The notes under the pieces were generated by a model that searched no databases, was not told the DNA's origin, and was given only the letters and a program-made list of their open reading frames with translations. Position numbers and translations under genes: made by a program. Positions 53,137 to 62,643 of a stretch of 64,000 nt of DNA are shown one piece after another (the first letter of the stretch is position 1; each line of letters begins with the position of its first letter). The stretch is from an uncultured Verrucomicrobiae bacterium (GTDB lineage Bacteria; Verrucomicrobiota; Verrucomicrobiia; Chthoniobacterales; Chthoniobacteraceae). Location of the stretch: NCBI GenBank assembly GCA_963828525.1, contig CAWHEP010000004.1, positions 64,001 through 128,000 of the forward strand, written 5' to 3'.

Positions 53137-54009
53137 CTAGCCCATTGCTTTAATGAGCGTGTCCGCCATCGTGGCGGGCGTCTCCGCGATTGCGAACCCG
53201 GCTGCTCGCAACGCGTCGATCTTGCCCGCGGCGGTGCCTTTGCCGCCAGAGACAATCGCTCCCGCGTGCCCCATCCTTCTGCCGGGAGGCGCAGTCGCCC
53301 CGGCGATGAAAGCCGCCAGGGGCTTTTTGCAATTCGCCGCCGCCCAGTGCGCCGCCTGCTCCTCTCCATCGCCGCCGATTTCCCCGATCAGGATGATCGC
53401 TTCGGTTTCTGGATCATTGTTGAACAGTTTCAGCGCGTCCAGGTGAGACGTTCCGTTGATCGGGTCGCCGCCGATGCCAATACAAGTGGACTGGCCATGC
53501 CCCCGCGAGGTGAGTTGCCAGACCGCTTCATAAGTCAATGTGCCCGAACGCGAGATCACTCCGATCTTTCCGGGGGTGTGAATATACCCGGGCATGATTC
53601 CGATCTTGCACTGGTTCGGTGTAATGATGCCGGGGCAATTCGGACCAATCAGCCGGCTCGGCTTTCCTTCCATGGCGGCTTTCACCCGCATCATGTCCAG
53701 CACAGGAATGCCTTCTGTGATGCAGACAACCAGTTCCACCCCCGCGTCCACGGCTTCCAATATCGCGTCCGCCGCGAAGGGTGCCGGCACGAAGATCATC
53801 GTGGCGTTGCAGCCGGTCTCCCTCCGCGCTTCGAAGACAGTGTCGAATACCGGCACTTTGTCGTCGAACTTTTCTCCACCGCGCGAAGGAGTTACTCCGC
53901 TGACAACGTTTGTTCCATACTCCATGCAACTGCGAGCGTGAAAAGCGCCCGCTTTGCCTGTGATGCCTTGCACGAGCAGACGTGTGTTTTTGTTAACCAG
54001 GATTGACAT
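53137..54009 (-). CDS. sucD: Succinyl-CoA synthetase alpha subunit
   Basis: [28 protein letters not shown]. Confidence 0.98.
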   Translation of the reverse strand: MSILVNKNTRLLVQGITGKAGAFHARSCMEYGTNVVSGVTPSRGGEKFDDKVPVFDTVFEARRETGCNATMIFVPAPFAADAILEAVDAGVELVVCITEGIPVLDMMRVKAAMEGKPSRLIGPNCPGIITPNQCKIGIMPGYIHTPGKIGVISRSGTLTYEAVWQLTSRGHGQSTCIGIGGDPINGTSHLDALKLFNNDPETEAIILIGEIGGDGEEQAAHWAAANCKKPLAAFIAGATAPPGRRMGHAGAIVSGGKGTAAGKIDALRAAGFAIAETPATMADTLIKAMG

Positions 54010-54013
54010 AAAA

Positions 54014-55203
54014 TTACTTTCCGGTGGCGGCTTGCACAGCCTGGCGGGCGGCGTCGCCAAGATCGCTGGCGGTCAGAACCGGCAACCCCGACTCCAGAAG
54101 CAGCTTTTTGCCCTCTTCAACATTAGTGCCCTCGAGGCGGACGACCAGCGGCACAGGCAGCTTCACAACTTTGACAGCGTTGATGATTCCTTGCGCGATG
54201 ATGTCGCATTGCATGATGCCGCCAAAGATGTTCACCAGAATGGCCTTCACGTTCGGATCTGAAGCGAGGATCTTGAAGGCCTCCGTAACCTGCTGCTCGT
54301 TCGCTCCTCCTCCCACGTCCAGGAAGTTTGCCGGGGAGCCGCCATAATACTTTATGATGTCCATCGTCGCCATCGCGAGGCCGGCCCCATTCACAAGGCA
54401 GGCTATATTTCCGTCCAGGCCGATGTAGTTAAGGTTGAACCGGGAGGCGGCGACTTCACGCGCGTCTTCTTCGAGGACGTCCCGCATCGCCTGGATGTCG
54501 GGATGGCGATACAGCGCGTTGTCGTCGAAGTTGAATTTTGCATCCAGGGCCATGACTTCCCCAGCTTTCGTGACGACAAGCGGGTTAATCTCCAGCAGCG
54601 AGCAATCACTCGCAATGAAAAGATTGTAGAGGCGGTGAAGAGCTTCGTGGCTGGTTGAAGTTGGGCCGAAGTTTAGGCCGAGTTGTTTGGCGAGCTTGCG
54701 CGTCTGGTAAGGCTGAAGCCCCAATGTGGGATTCACCGGCTCCCGCAGGAGTTTCTCTGGCATTGTCCTCCGCGACAGTCTCGATGTCCATCCCGCCCTC
54801 CGTGCTGGCAATAATAAGCGGCGCGCCACTGGCCCGGTCGAGCACGATGGCGAAATACAATTCCTTCTTCGATGTCAATCGCTTCGGCGATCAGCACCTT
54901 GTTGACAACCCTCCCTTCCGCGCCTGTCTGATGCGTGATCAGCGCGTTTCCCAGCATCTTCGCCGCGATCTCCGCGGCCTCGGCGGGAGTCTTGCAAAGG
55001 TGCACACCTCCTTTGAAGCCATTGGAAAAATGCCCCTTTCCCCGCCTCCCGCGTGGATTTGTGCCTTCACCATCAGAGACGAGGCGCCGAGCGGCTTTGG
55101 CGACCGACTCGACCTCTTTTGGTGAGGAGGCGACGCCCGAGCGGGAGGTCGCAACGCCGAATTTCTGAAAAAGCTCACGGGCTTGGTATTCGTGGATATT
55201 CAT
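54014..55203 (-). CDS. sucC: Succinyl-CoA synthetase beta subunit; several apparent frameshifts
   Basis: [51 protein letters not shown] spread over several frames. Confidence 0.92.
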
Positions 55204-55293
55204 GGGAGAGAAAGCTGGTCTGTAGGTTTGGCGATGTTATGTGTTTGTCATTCCATGGCAAGACTTCCTCTCAAGTGTGAGGACTCGCCCGCT

Positions 55294-55871
55294 ATGAGCC
55301 ACGCAATCCAAGGCGCGACGCGGCATCTGGACGCTGATCTGGAGCGAGTTCTTTTCGAGCGAGGAGGACATTCTCAAGCGGCTGGATGAACTCGCCGTGA
55401 GATAACCGGGGAATATAGAGGGCAGGGAACTCACCGTGGTTGCGGTGCTCAACGGGGCCTTGATATTTCGCGGCGGATTTGCTGCGCCGCATTCCGCTCC
55501 CCTTGAGACTCGATTGCATCAGTGTGGCAAGCTATCACGGGCAGGCTCAAAGCAGCGGTAGCGTAGTCTTTAATCAGACCACGCTGCCCGACATCGAGGG
55601 CCGCCACGTCCTGATCATCGATGACATACTCGACACGGGCCAGACGCTCGAAGCCGTATCCCGCAGGTTGCGCGCGGAGGGAAAACCCAAATCCATAAAA
55701 ATCTGCGTGCTTCTACGAAAGGGCAAAAACAGAGTTTGCCCGATAGATGCCGATTACGCCGCGTATGATATCGCGGATGAGTTTGTTGTCGGGTATGGAC
55801 TCGATTATGAAGAACGCTACCGCAATCTCCGATCTGTTGGAGTGCTGAAAACCGGGTTCGCCGCAGTCTGA
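55294..55871 (+). CDS. hpt: Hypoxanthine phosphoribosyltransferase; apparent frameshifts at 55370-55470
   Basis: LERVLF, VLIIDDILDTGQTL, FVVGYGLDY..YRNL. Confidence 0.9.
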
Positions 55872-55908
55872 TTTGTTTCTCCGGCCCCTGCCGGTTACTT
55901 TTCAACGC

Positions 55909-57408
55909 ATGAACAGCACGCCAATTACGCGCCGCGACTTCCTTCGGTCCGCCGGTGGCATTACTTTCCTCGCGCTGACCCCGATTGGGCGCGGGCTCTT
56001 TGCGGCGGAGACACTGCCGGCGCTCATTCCGATTTTCACCGCGCTGCCTTACATCCAGCCGGGCGACTGTGGCGCGCTGATAGCGGGGAAAGAGAGCATG
56101 CGCCTCCTGTGGCAAACAGGTGGCACAGTGGCCGAGTTCACAGTCAGATTCGGCGAGGATAAGACCTATGAAAGGTCTGCGGAGATCGCATGGAAGGCGA
56201 GGGGAGCCTTGGGAATGGAGCCGCGCTTGAACTATTGCGCCACTATGACCGGCCTGGCTCTTGGCAAGCGCCATGAATATGAAGTGAGATGCAACGGAAC
56301 CGTCATAGCGGCGGGCTTTTTTACAACCCGGCAACCCCGGGGGCGAAGCATCCGCTTTGTTGCTTTTGGCGATAACTCTTATGGGGACATCAGCGACCGA
56401 GCTATCGCCTTCCAGGCCTACCAGGCGCATCCCGATTTCGTTATGAATACGGGGGACAACGTTTATGAGGGCGGCTTGGACAACGAATACGCGCGATATT
56501 TTTTCCCGGTGTACAACGCCGATGTCGCTGAGGCGCGTTCTGGAGCCCCCTTATTGCGCTCCGTCCCATTTTACTCGGTTCTCGCGAATCATGATGTGCA
56601 TCGGCTGAGCCCGACGGGGGGGCCCATTGCCGACTTCACACTGGATCCCGATTCGCTGGGTTACTACACGAACTTCTATTACCCAACGAACGGTCCTCAG
56701 CCGCCAAATCCCACCCCGACGGTCGGCCCTTTCGAAGCTTTCCGTCAATCGGCGGGAGAGAGATTTCCCCGCATGGCGAACTACTCATACGATTTCGGGG
56801 ACGCGCATTTCACCTGCCTTGATTCCAATCTGTATCTCAATCCGGCGGATCCGGTGCTCTTGGATTGGATCGAGAACGATCTAAAAAAAACGGATGCCAG
56901 ATGGAAGTTCGTTGTTTACCATCACCCGTGTTTCAACGTGGGCTATCAGCATTGGCGGGAACAGCAGATGCGCGCCCTCTGCCCGCTTTTGGAGAAACAG
57001 GGCGTGGACTTTGTGCTGAGCGGGCACGAGCACAACTACCAGCGGACCAGACCGCTGTTCTTTAAGCCCAAAGACACGAGTAAAGCGGGGGCTCTCGGTG
57101 AAAAAGATCGCCGTGTTCCGGGCGAGTTCATCCTGGATGGTAAGTTCGACGGGAAGGAGGAGACGTCCCCGCGTGGAATACTCTACATTACTACAGGCGC
57201 TGGCGGAAAGCGGCTGTATGACCCTGACCACAACAACAATCCCTCCAAGTGGCTGCTGGAGGATGATGGCAACGCCGAATATATTGTGAAGATGATCTCA
57301 GATCGCCACTCGTTGACAGTCTTCGACATCGACGGCCAAGCGCTCTTGATGCGTCAGATCGATGAATTCGGCAATGAGATCGACAGGATGCGAGTCACAA
57401 AGGCCTGA
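55909..57408 (+). CDS. Tat-exported purple-acid-phosphatase-like metallophosphoesterase
   Basis: TRRDFL Tat motif, FGD, TGDNVY, ANHD, HHP, SGHEHNYQR. Confidence 0.9.
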   Translation: MNSTPITRRDFLRSAGGITFLALTPIGRGLFAAETLPALIPIFTALPYIQPGDCGALIAGKESMRLLWQTGGTVAEFTVRFGEDKTYERSAEIAWKARGALGMEPRLNYCATMTGLALGKRHEYEVRCNGTVIAAGFFTTRQPRGRSIRFVAFGDNSYGDISDRAIAFQAYQAHPDFVMNTGDNVYEGGLDNEYARYFFPVYNADVAEARSGAPLLRSVPFYSVLANHDVHRLSPTGGPIADFTLDPDSLGYYTNFYYPTNGPQPPNPTPTVGPFEAFRQSAGERFPRMANYSYDFGDAHFTCLDSNLYLNPADPVLLDWIENDLKKTDARWKFVVYHHPCFNVGYQHWREQQMRALCPLLEKQGVDFVLSGHEHNYQRTRPLFFKPKDTSKAGALGEKDRRVPGEFILDGKFDGKEETSPRGILYITTGAGGKRLYDPDHNNNPSKWLLEDDGNAEYIVKMISDRHSLTVFDIDGQALLMRQIDEFGNEIDRMRVTKA

Positions 57409-57427
57409 TCCGGGAACGTGCCAGGGC

Positions 57428-58105
57428 TTACTGCGGCATCCACTGTGGACTGGTGGAGCCGCCACTTCCCGAGACGTAGAGGGCCCATGTCATCGCTTGC
57501 ACATGCCAATCGGCAAAGAGCGCATTGATTCGTCCCCGGTTGGCGAACTCCCCGTTGTTTGTCTTTGCGCTCAAGTTGGAAGCAGTGACGGCGGGATTCG
57601 TGGAAGCTAAATCCGGGTTGAAAGAGGGCCGCGACATCCCATCCTGGACGACGTCAGGCGAAAGGATGATGAGTGAGCTGGGATAGGTGATCCTGTCGAA
57701 GCTTCCATTGTAATTGGTGCCTGTTGTAGCGACGGCCGGGGTAAAGACCTGGCTGTTCAATCCGTAGCTTACAGGTACAACCGCGGGATCAGTCCCAGAA
57801 GTAACCGCTGACCGCCTATCAAAGGGTGAGAGCAGTACTTTCCAGGCGGGATTGTAATTCGGAAACAGAGTGGCGGGCCACGAACCGGCGCCGCCCGGAC
57901 CTGCCGGCCCAGGGAACATCTGGTTTCCATTGTCATTGAGATATGCCAGCATCGCCGTGCCCAATTGCCTCATGTTATTCGAGTCCTGAGTTGCCTTGCC
58001 GCGCTCGATCACGCCTTGGAACACCGGTAACGCGATCCCGGCCAGGATTGCTATGATCGATATGACAACTAGCAGCTCGATAAGAGTGAAAGCGCGTTTT
58101 TTCAT
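57428..58105 (-). CDS. Prepilin-type N-terminal cleavage/methylation protein
   Basis: AFTLIELLVVISIIAILA, NNMRQLG, C-terminal INALFADWHV. Confidence 0.9.
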   Translation of the reverse strand: MKKRAFTLIELLVVISIIAILAGIALPVFQGVIERGKATQDSNNMRQLGTAMLAYLNDNGNQMFPGPAGPGGAGSWPATLFPNYNPAWKVLLSPFDRRSAVTSGTDPAVVPVSYGLNSQVFTPAVATTGTNYNGSFDRITYPSSLIILSPDVVQDGMSRPSFNPDLASTNPAVTASNLSAKTNNGEFANRGRINALFADWHVQAMTWALYVSGSGGSTSPQWMPQ

Positions 58106-58285
58106 TGAACGGGAGGGAGTTAAAGGCTGAGGTAGCTTAGTGCCAAGGTGGCTAAATCACTATCGTTTTTTTTCAAAGCGCGAACTGCGCGTGTCTGGTT
58201 TAGGGGCTGCAACGCTACCGCTCTTCCTGCTCGCGATTGTTTTATTTGCGCTCCTGCTCGTTTCTCAGCAAAGTCCCCACCGTCT

Positions 58286-58501
58286 ATGAGATACCACCCT
58301 CTTCTCTTTGTCTTCGGATCGGTTCTCGCGCTCGGCGCGTGCGAGCGGCACAACGCCTCTGAATTGACGTTGATAGCGCCGCCCCAGGAGGAAATGGCAG
58401 TCGCCGCTCCCGGCCATGCCAAGAAGTCAGCCCCCGCGACCATCGGCGCGGTGACCCCCGCGCCCGCCTCGCAGTTCTTCCCCGATTCCAAGCAGCCGTG
58501 A
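58286..58501 (+). CDS. Small putative lipoprotein
   Basis: MRYHPLLFVFGSVLALGAC lipobox. Confidence 0.65.
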   Translation: MRYHPLLFVFGSVLALGACERHNASELTLIAPPQEEMAVAAPGHAKKSAPATIGAVTPAPASQFFPDSKQP

Positions 58502-58502
58502 T

Positions 58503-58895
58503 TTGACGGCGCCCCTCTTCAAGCCAGATCAGACGGGCTGGCGGAGCTTTTTTCGCGGGTTCCGCCACGCCTCACGCGGACTGCTTTACCTCATCCGTTC
58601 GCAACGCAACGCTCGGATCCATCTTCTAGCATCGCTTGGCGTGGTCATTGGCGGTTTGGCGCTGTCCGTTTCCCCGCTGGAGTGGTGCGCCCTTGTGATG
58701 GCAATAGGAGCGGTGCTTGTCGCCGAGGCCCTCAACACTTCCATCGAGCGCATCGTGGATATGCTCTCGCCTGAGATTCGGCCCCTCGCGGGTAATATCA
58801 AGGACCTTGCGGCCGCGGCGGTTCTCCTGGCGGCTTTCGCGGCCGCTACGGTAGGCGGCATGATCTTCGCGCCGAAGCTGCTTCGGCTTCTCTGA
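58503..58895 (+). CDS. dgkA: Diacylglycerol/undecaprenol kinase family protein
   Basis: QRNARIH, AEALNTSIERIVD, IKDLAAAAV. Confidence 0.9.
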   Translation: MTAPLFKPDQTGWRSFFRGFRHASRGLLYLIRSQRNARIHLLASLGVVIGGLALSVSPLEWCALVMAIGAVLVAEALNTSIERIVDMLSPEIRPLAGNIKDLAAAAVLLAAFAAATVGGMIFAPKLLRLL

Positions 58896-58901
58896 GAATT
58901 G

Positions 58902-59432
58902 CTACCGCTGCGGAATGATCGTGCGATGAGTTTTGAGTTCGTCGTAATTGGGAAAGAAACCTTCGATCGTAAACGGTTGCCCGGCGACCATCTCGCGTGT
59001 CGGGATTGACTCAGTGTACTCCACACGCTCGCCCGGATTGATCGCAATGTAGCTCGGTTCATTTGCAAACGACTGATCTTCCGACCATTGCGTGACGAGC
59101 TTTCCGGCACTGTTCCGGACCAGGATTTCCACCCGCTGCGTGGTGGGAAATTGGAGATGGACGAAATTGCCCGACCTGTTCGTCAGTATGAGGGTCACCC
59201 GCAGTTGCCGTTGCTCGGAAAGTTTCACCGGCAGCGGATCGAGAGATATCGTTAGCGAGAATTTCCTGCCGCGCAGCGCTACTTTCTCTCCTGCGGGCGG
59301 GGCCGGATGGTGGAATATCCCAAACACCCTGCCAAAGAACCCCGGCTGAGGCGTGGGGGCCGCTGCTTCCTCCGAGGCCCATCCGGGAGTGGCGAGGCAG
59401 ATCAGCAAAATACAAAGAAAAACGCGTGACAT
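58902..59432 (-). CDS. Secreted BsuPI-like (proteinase-inhibitor fold) domain protein
   Basis: Signal peptide, LTNRS..LQFPTTQRVEI, QWSEDQSF, INPGE. Confidence 0.7.
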   Translation of the reverse strand: MSRVFLCILLICLATPGWASEEAAAPTPQPGFFGRVFGIFHHPAPPAGEKVALRGRKFSLTISLDPLPVKLSEQRQLRVTLILTNRSGNFVHLQFPTTQRVEILVRNSAGKLVTQWSEDQSFANEPSYIAINPGERVEYTESIPTREMVAGQPFTIEGFFPNYDELKTHRTIIPQR

Positions 59433-59570
59433 TCTGGACGTGATTGTTAGCCGAGCGTCCGGTTCCTTGCAAACCCGAACTGACAAAGGGCGGGGAATCA
59501 ACAAACAGGTTCAGTTTTTTCAGTGGACGTGTATAACTAACTGCGCCGCTTTTGCTGCTCCCTGTTTCAC

Positions 59571-60086
59571 GTGAAACGTTCATCTTCAATTCCTCTCGCG
59601 TTCAGCCTCATTATTCCGCTGCTTCTATTCACAGGTTTTGCTTCCAAACGCCCTGAGGTGACAGTCCGCTTTTATGCCGAGGCGAATGATCGGGATAGCG
59701 ATAGCTTTTCCACAGCCGTCCATCTTGAGAATCCTCCCCGTCAGGTAGTCGTCCAGAAGGTGCCTGCCGTCTCCGAACGCGACATCGAGGCAATTTATCC
59801 CTATCGCGCCAGCGATGGAACTCTCGGATGCGCCTTTAAGCTCGATGTAGGCGGCACGGCGAAGCTGGATAGCGTGAGCGTGGAGAAGCGCGGGACTTCA
59901 CTCATCGCCGTGGTAAACGGACGGCAGGTGCTCGACATGCTCATCGACCGCCGGGTGTCCGATGGCATCATCACCATCTCACACGGTTTGACCGAGGACG
60001 AAACGAAGATGCTGATGAAGAAATATCACCCCTTCAAAAAAGAGAAGAGCCCTGCTAAAACGAATCGGCCTGACTTCAACGATTGA
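59571..60086 (+). CDS. Exported protein resembling a standalone SecDF P1 head domain
   Basis: Signal peptide, VSERDIEA, FKLDVGGTAKL, LIAVVNGR..VSDGIITI. Confidence 0.55.
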   Translation: MKRSSSIPLAFSLIIPLLLFTGFASKRPEVTVRFYAEANDRDSDSFSTAVHLENPPRQVVVQKVPAVSERDIEAIYPYRASDGTLGCAFKLDVGGTAKLDSVSVEKRGTSLIAVVNGRQVLDMLIDRRVSDGIITISHGLTEDETKMLMKKYHPFKKEKSPAKTNRPDFND

Positions 60087-60097
60087 GAGGCGGGTCG

Positions 60098-61351
60098 CTA
60101 AGATCCCGCTCTGCCGAGCACCAGGCAGGAGTTTATCCCGCCAAAACCAAAGGAGTTGCTGAGAGCATACCTTACACTCTGGCTGCGGCCTTTGTTTGGA
60201 ACGATGTCCAGGTCACACGCTGGATCAGGCGTCTTCCAGTTCAACGTGGGTGGTATAAAACCCTGGTCTATCGCGAGCGCGCAAATCCCCGCTTCCAATG
60301 CTCCAGTCGCTCCGAGGGGATGCGCGGTGTACGGCTTTGTGCCGCTGACCGGAGGTGTCCTGTCGCCAAAAACCGTCTTGATGCACGCGGTCTCGTTCGA
60401 GTCGTTGAGCTGGGTCGAACTGCCGTGAGCGTTGATGTAGTCAATGTCTCCCGGCGTCACCTCCGCGTCCGCCAAGGCGTGGCGCATCGCCCGGATAACT
60501 GCTTCTCCGCTCGGCAGGGGAGACGTCATATGGAACGCCTCATTATTGAGGCTATAACCAAGCACCTCAGCGTAGATGCGCGCGCCCCGCTTTTTGGCAT
60601 GCTCATACTCCTCCACGATCAGGCTCGCCGCTCCTTCTCCCATCACAAAGCCATCACGTTCCAGGTCGAACGGCCGGCAGGCAATCTTTGGGTCGCCATC
60701 GAAACGGCTCATTGTCTTAATCATGTCGAAAGCGCCATAGCTTAGCGGGCTTAGAGGCGCCTCCGCTCCGCCGGCCACCATCACGTCCGCCATGTCGTCT
60801 CGTATGTAGCGCATCGCTTCTCCCACGGAGACCGTGCCGCTCGCGCAGCTATTGGAGTTCGTTGTTCCCACGCCCTGGAAGCCGCATTCAATTGCTATAT
60901 TGGAATGAGCCGACCCTCCAAATACCTGCAACGCGAGGGTCTGGTTCACCCCGCGTGGCCCCTTATGGAGGAAGCGCAGGTGCTCGGCTTCGGCATTGGA
61001 AATTCCACCCAGCGCGGTGCCGAAGCTCACACCTGACCTGCTCGAGGGGTTTTCTCTGGAGAACGCGATGCCCGCGTCCTCCAGCGCCAGCAACGCGGAG
61101 GCGACCGCGAACTGCGCGTACCTGTCCAACCGTTTGAGGCGGTGCGGGGGGAAAAAGCGCGTTGGTTCCCAGTCCTGAATCTCCGCGCCATTGTGCGCCC
61201 GAAAGGCGCTTGTGTCGAAGCTCTTGATGATAGTCACCCCGCTCTCCTCCCTCAGAATGCCTCGCCAGAACTCCTCCCGCCCGATGCCAATGCATGAGAT
61301 TGGCCCGATGCCCGTTATCACAACGCGCCGCCGGTAGTTCGAACGGCTCAT
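60098..61351 (-). CDS. Beta-ketoacyl-ACP synthase (FabF/KS-like)
   Basis: VVITGIG, SCASG catalytic Cys, RDGFVMGEG, INAHGSST, AHPLGA, SNSFGFGG. Confidence 0.92.
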   Translation of the reverse strand: MSRSNYRRRVVITGIGPISCIGIGREEFWRGILREESGVTIIKSFDTSAFRAHNGAEIQDWEPTRFFPPHRLKRLDRYAQFAVASALLALEDAGIAFSRENPSSRSGVSFGTALGGISNAEAEHLRFLHKGPRGVNQTLALQVFGGSAHSNIAIECGFQGVGTTNSNSCASGTVSVGEAMRYIRDDMADVMVAGGAEAPLSPLSYGAFDMIKTMSRFDGDPKIACRPFDLERDGFVMGEGAASLIVEEYEHAKKRGARIYAEVLGYSLNNEAFHMTSPLPSGEAVIRAMRHALADAEVTPGDIDYINAHGSSTQLNDSNETACIKTVFGDRTPPVSGTKPYTAHPLGATGALEAGICALAIDQGFIPPTLNWKTPDPACDLDIVPNKGRSQSVRYALSNSFGFGGINSCLVLGRAGS

Positions 61352-61788
61352 CTCTCCAGATGCCTCTTCATCCCGGCGAGTGTCTTGTCGGCGATTACCT
61401 TTATGAAAAACTCGCCGATGATGAGGTTGCCGAGGATGGGAGGCACAGGAAAGCGAAAATTCAGATCATGAGTTATACGCACAAGAACGCCCTCGGATGC
61501 TTCTTCAAAAGACCAGACTACAACCATCCCTTCTGTAAGACCCTTGAGGTGGTAGAAACGCACCTCCCAGCCCTCCCTGTCGATCTCCTGTTCCGAGGTC
61601 CACGCGACTGGCAGTCCAGACCGCGAGCAGCCCATCTTCACGACGTTGCGTCGAGGTCCCTTCCGAAAGTAACGAATGAAACGGTAATGGCTCAGAATCC
61701 TTGGCCATTCCTCCAGATTTGCCGCCGCCTCAAAAATCTGCTCACGGGGAGCGCGGATGATGATCGAATTAACGGTGTGCATTGGCAT
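61348..61788 (-). CDS. SRPBCC/polyketide cyclase-dehydrase family protein
   Basis: IIIRAPREQIFEAAANLEEWPRIL, C-terminal helix IADKTLAGMKRHLE; stop overlaps the KS start. Confidence 0.85.
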   Translation of the reverse strand: MPMHTVNSIIIRAPREQIFEAAANLEEWPRILSHYRFIRYFRKGPRRNVVKMGCSRSGLPVAWTSEQEIDREGWEVRFYHLKGLTEGMVVVWSFEEASEGVLVRITHDLNFRFPVPPILGNLIIGEFFIKVIADKTLAGMKRHLER

Positions 61789-61931
61789 CGCACAATAAGT
61801 CAACGGTTTGAGTGGTCAAGAAGGGGACATCCCGGGCGATTTGCTCCACCGGAACTCAGCCGGGCCTTTGACCGCATGACCGTTCGGAAAAAAGATGGCC
61901 CCGCCGTTGTGTTTTCGCCACAATAGACCGT

Positions 61932-62542
61932 ATGCGCTTCCCCTCATTCCCTTCTCATCGCCTGCTATTCCCTCGCCTTGCTGTCTCGTCGCCGGCGGAT
62001 CAGGCGCGCCTCACCCGTGAGCGCGTCTCCGAACTCACCGCCTCCAAACCAGCGGCGATGAGAAGCGGATCACCGTCGAAATTTCTGGTCTAGGGAAAGC
62101 AATGTTCTTAGCCGGGGGTTCGCGCGCCGAAATGGAGAACGTTCGCGAGTTTCGCTATCCGAGCAGCTTTAAGGCGCCTCGCGCTTCCGCCGATCGGACC
62201 AGCCCGGCTATTGTGATTCCAACAACCCCAACCGACTTCGGGATGATCAACGCTGGATGGACGATTCATCTCCATGCGGAACGGCTTGGCAGCTTGATAG
62301 TCCTGGACGGCAGCGCCGAGTTCGTAAAGGTAGACTTGGTGAATGGCGGGTACGGCGCTCTTGCAGGGCCGATCTATGATCGAAAAGGAAACGTGCTTAC
62401 CCCGAACAAAGTTCAGCAGCCGATTTCATTTTCCACCACGTCGCGGTTCCACCTCACGGCCGTTCCCGGCGAACCATATCAAGTTTCCTTCTATAAGGGG
62501 AGTGCGGTCGAGAAACATACCATCAAGCTTTCGCTTCTGTAG
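61932..62542 (+). CDS. Hypothetical protein resembling a secretin-domain fragment; 5' end probably frameshifted
   Basis: VREFRYPSSF, IPTTPTDF..NAGWTI, NKVQQPI in ORF 62102..62542; the upstream ATG at 61932 is out of frame. Confidence 0.5.
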
Positions 62543-62643
62543 AGCGGGAGCTAAAACTTCGGGCGATCTGTCGATGTAATCTTCGGACTCTATAAAAGAG
62601 CGTTCGCTGGCAGACTCCGCCAATCACCGCCGTCTGGATCGCC

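Noticed and set aside
54014..55871. sucC and hpt as pseudogenes
   Set aside because: All motifs are preserved across frames in a local cluster of indels, consistent with poor consensus quality.
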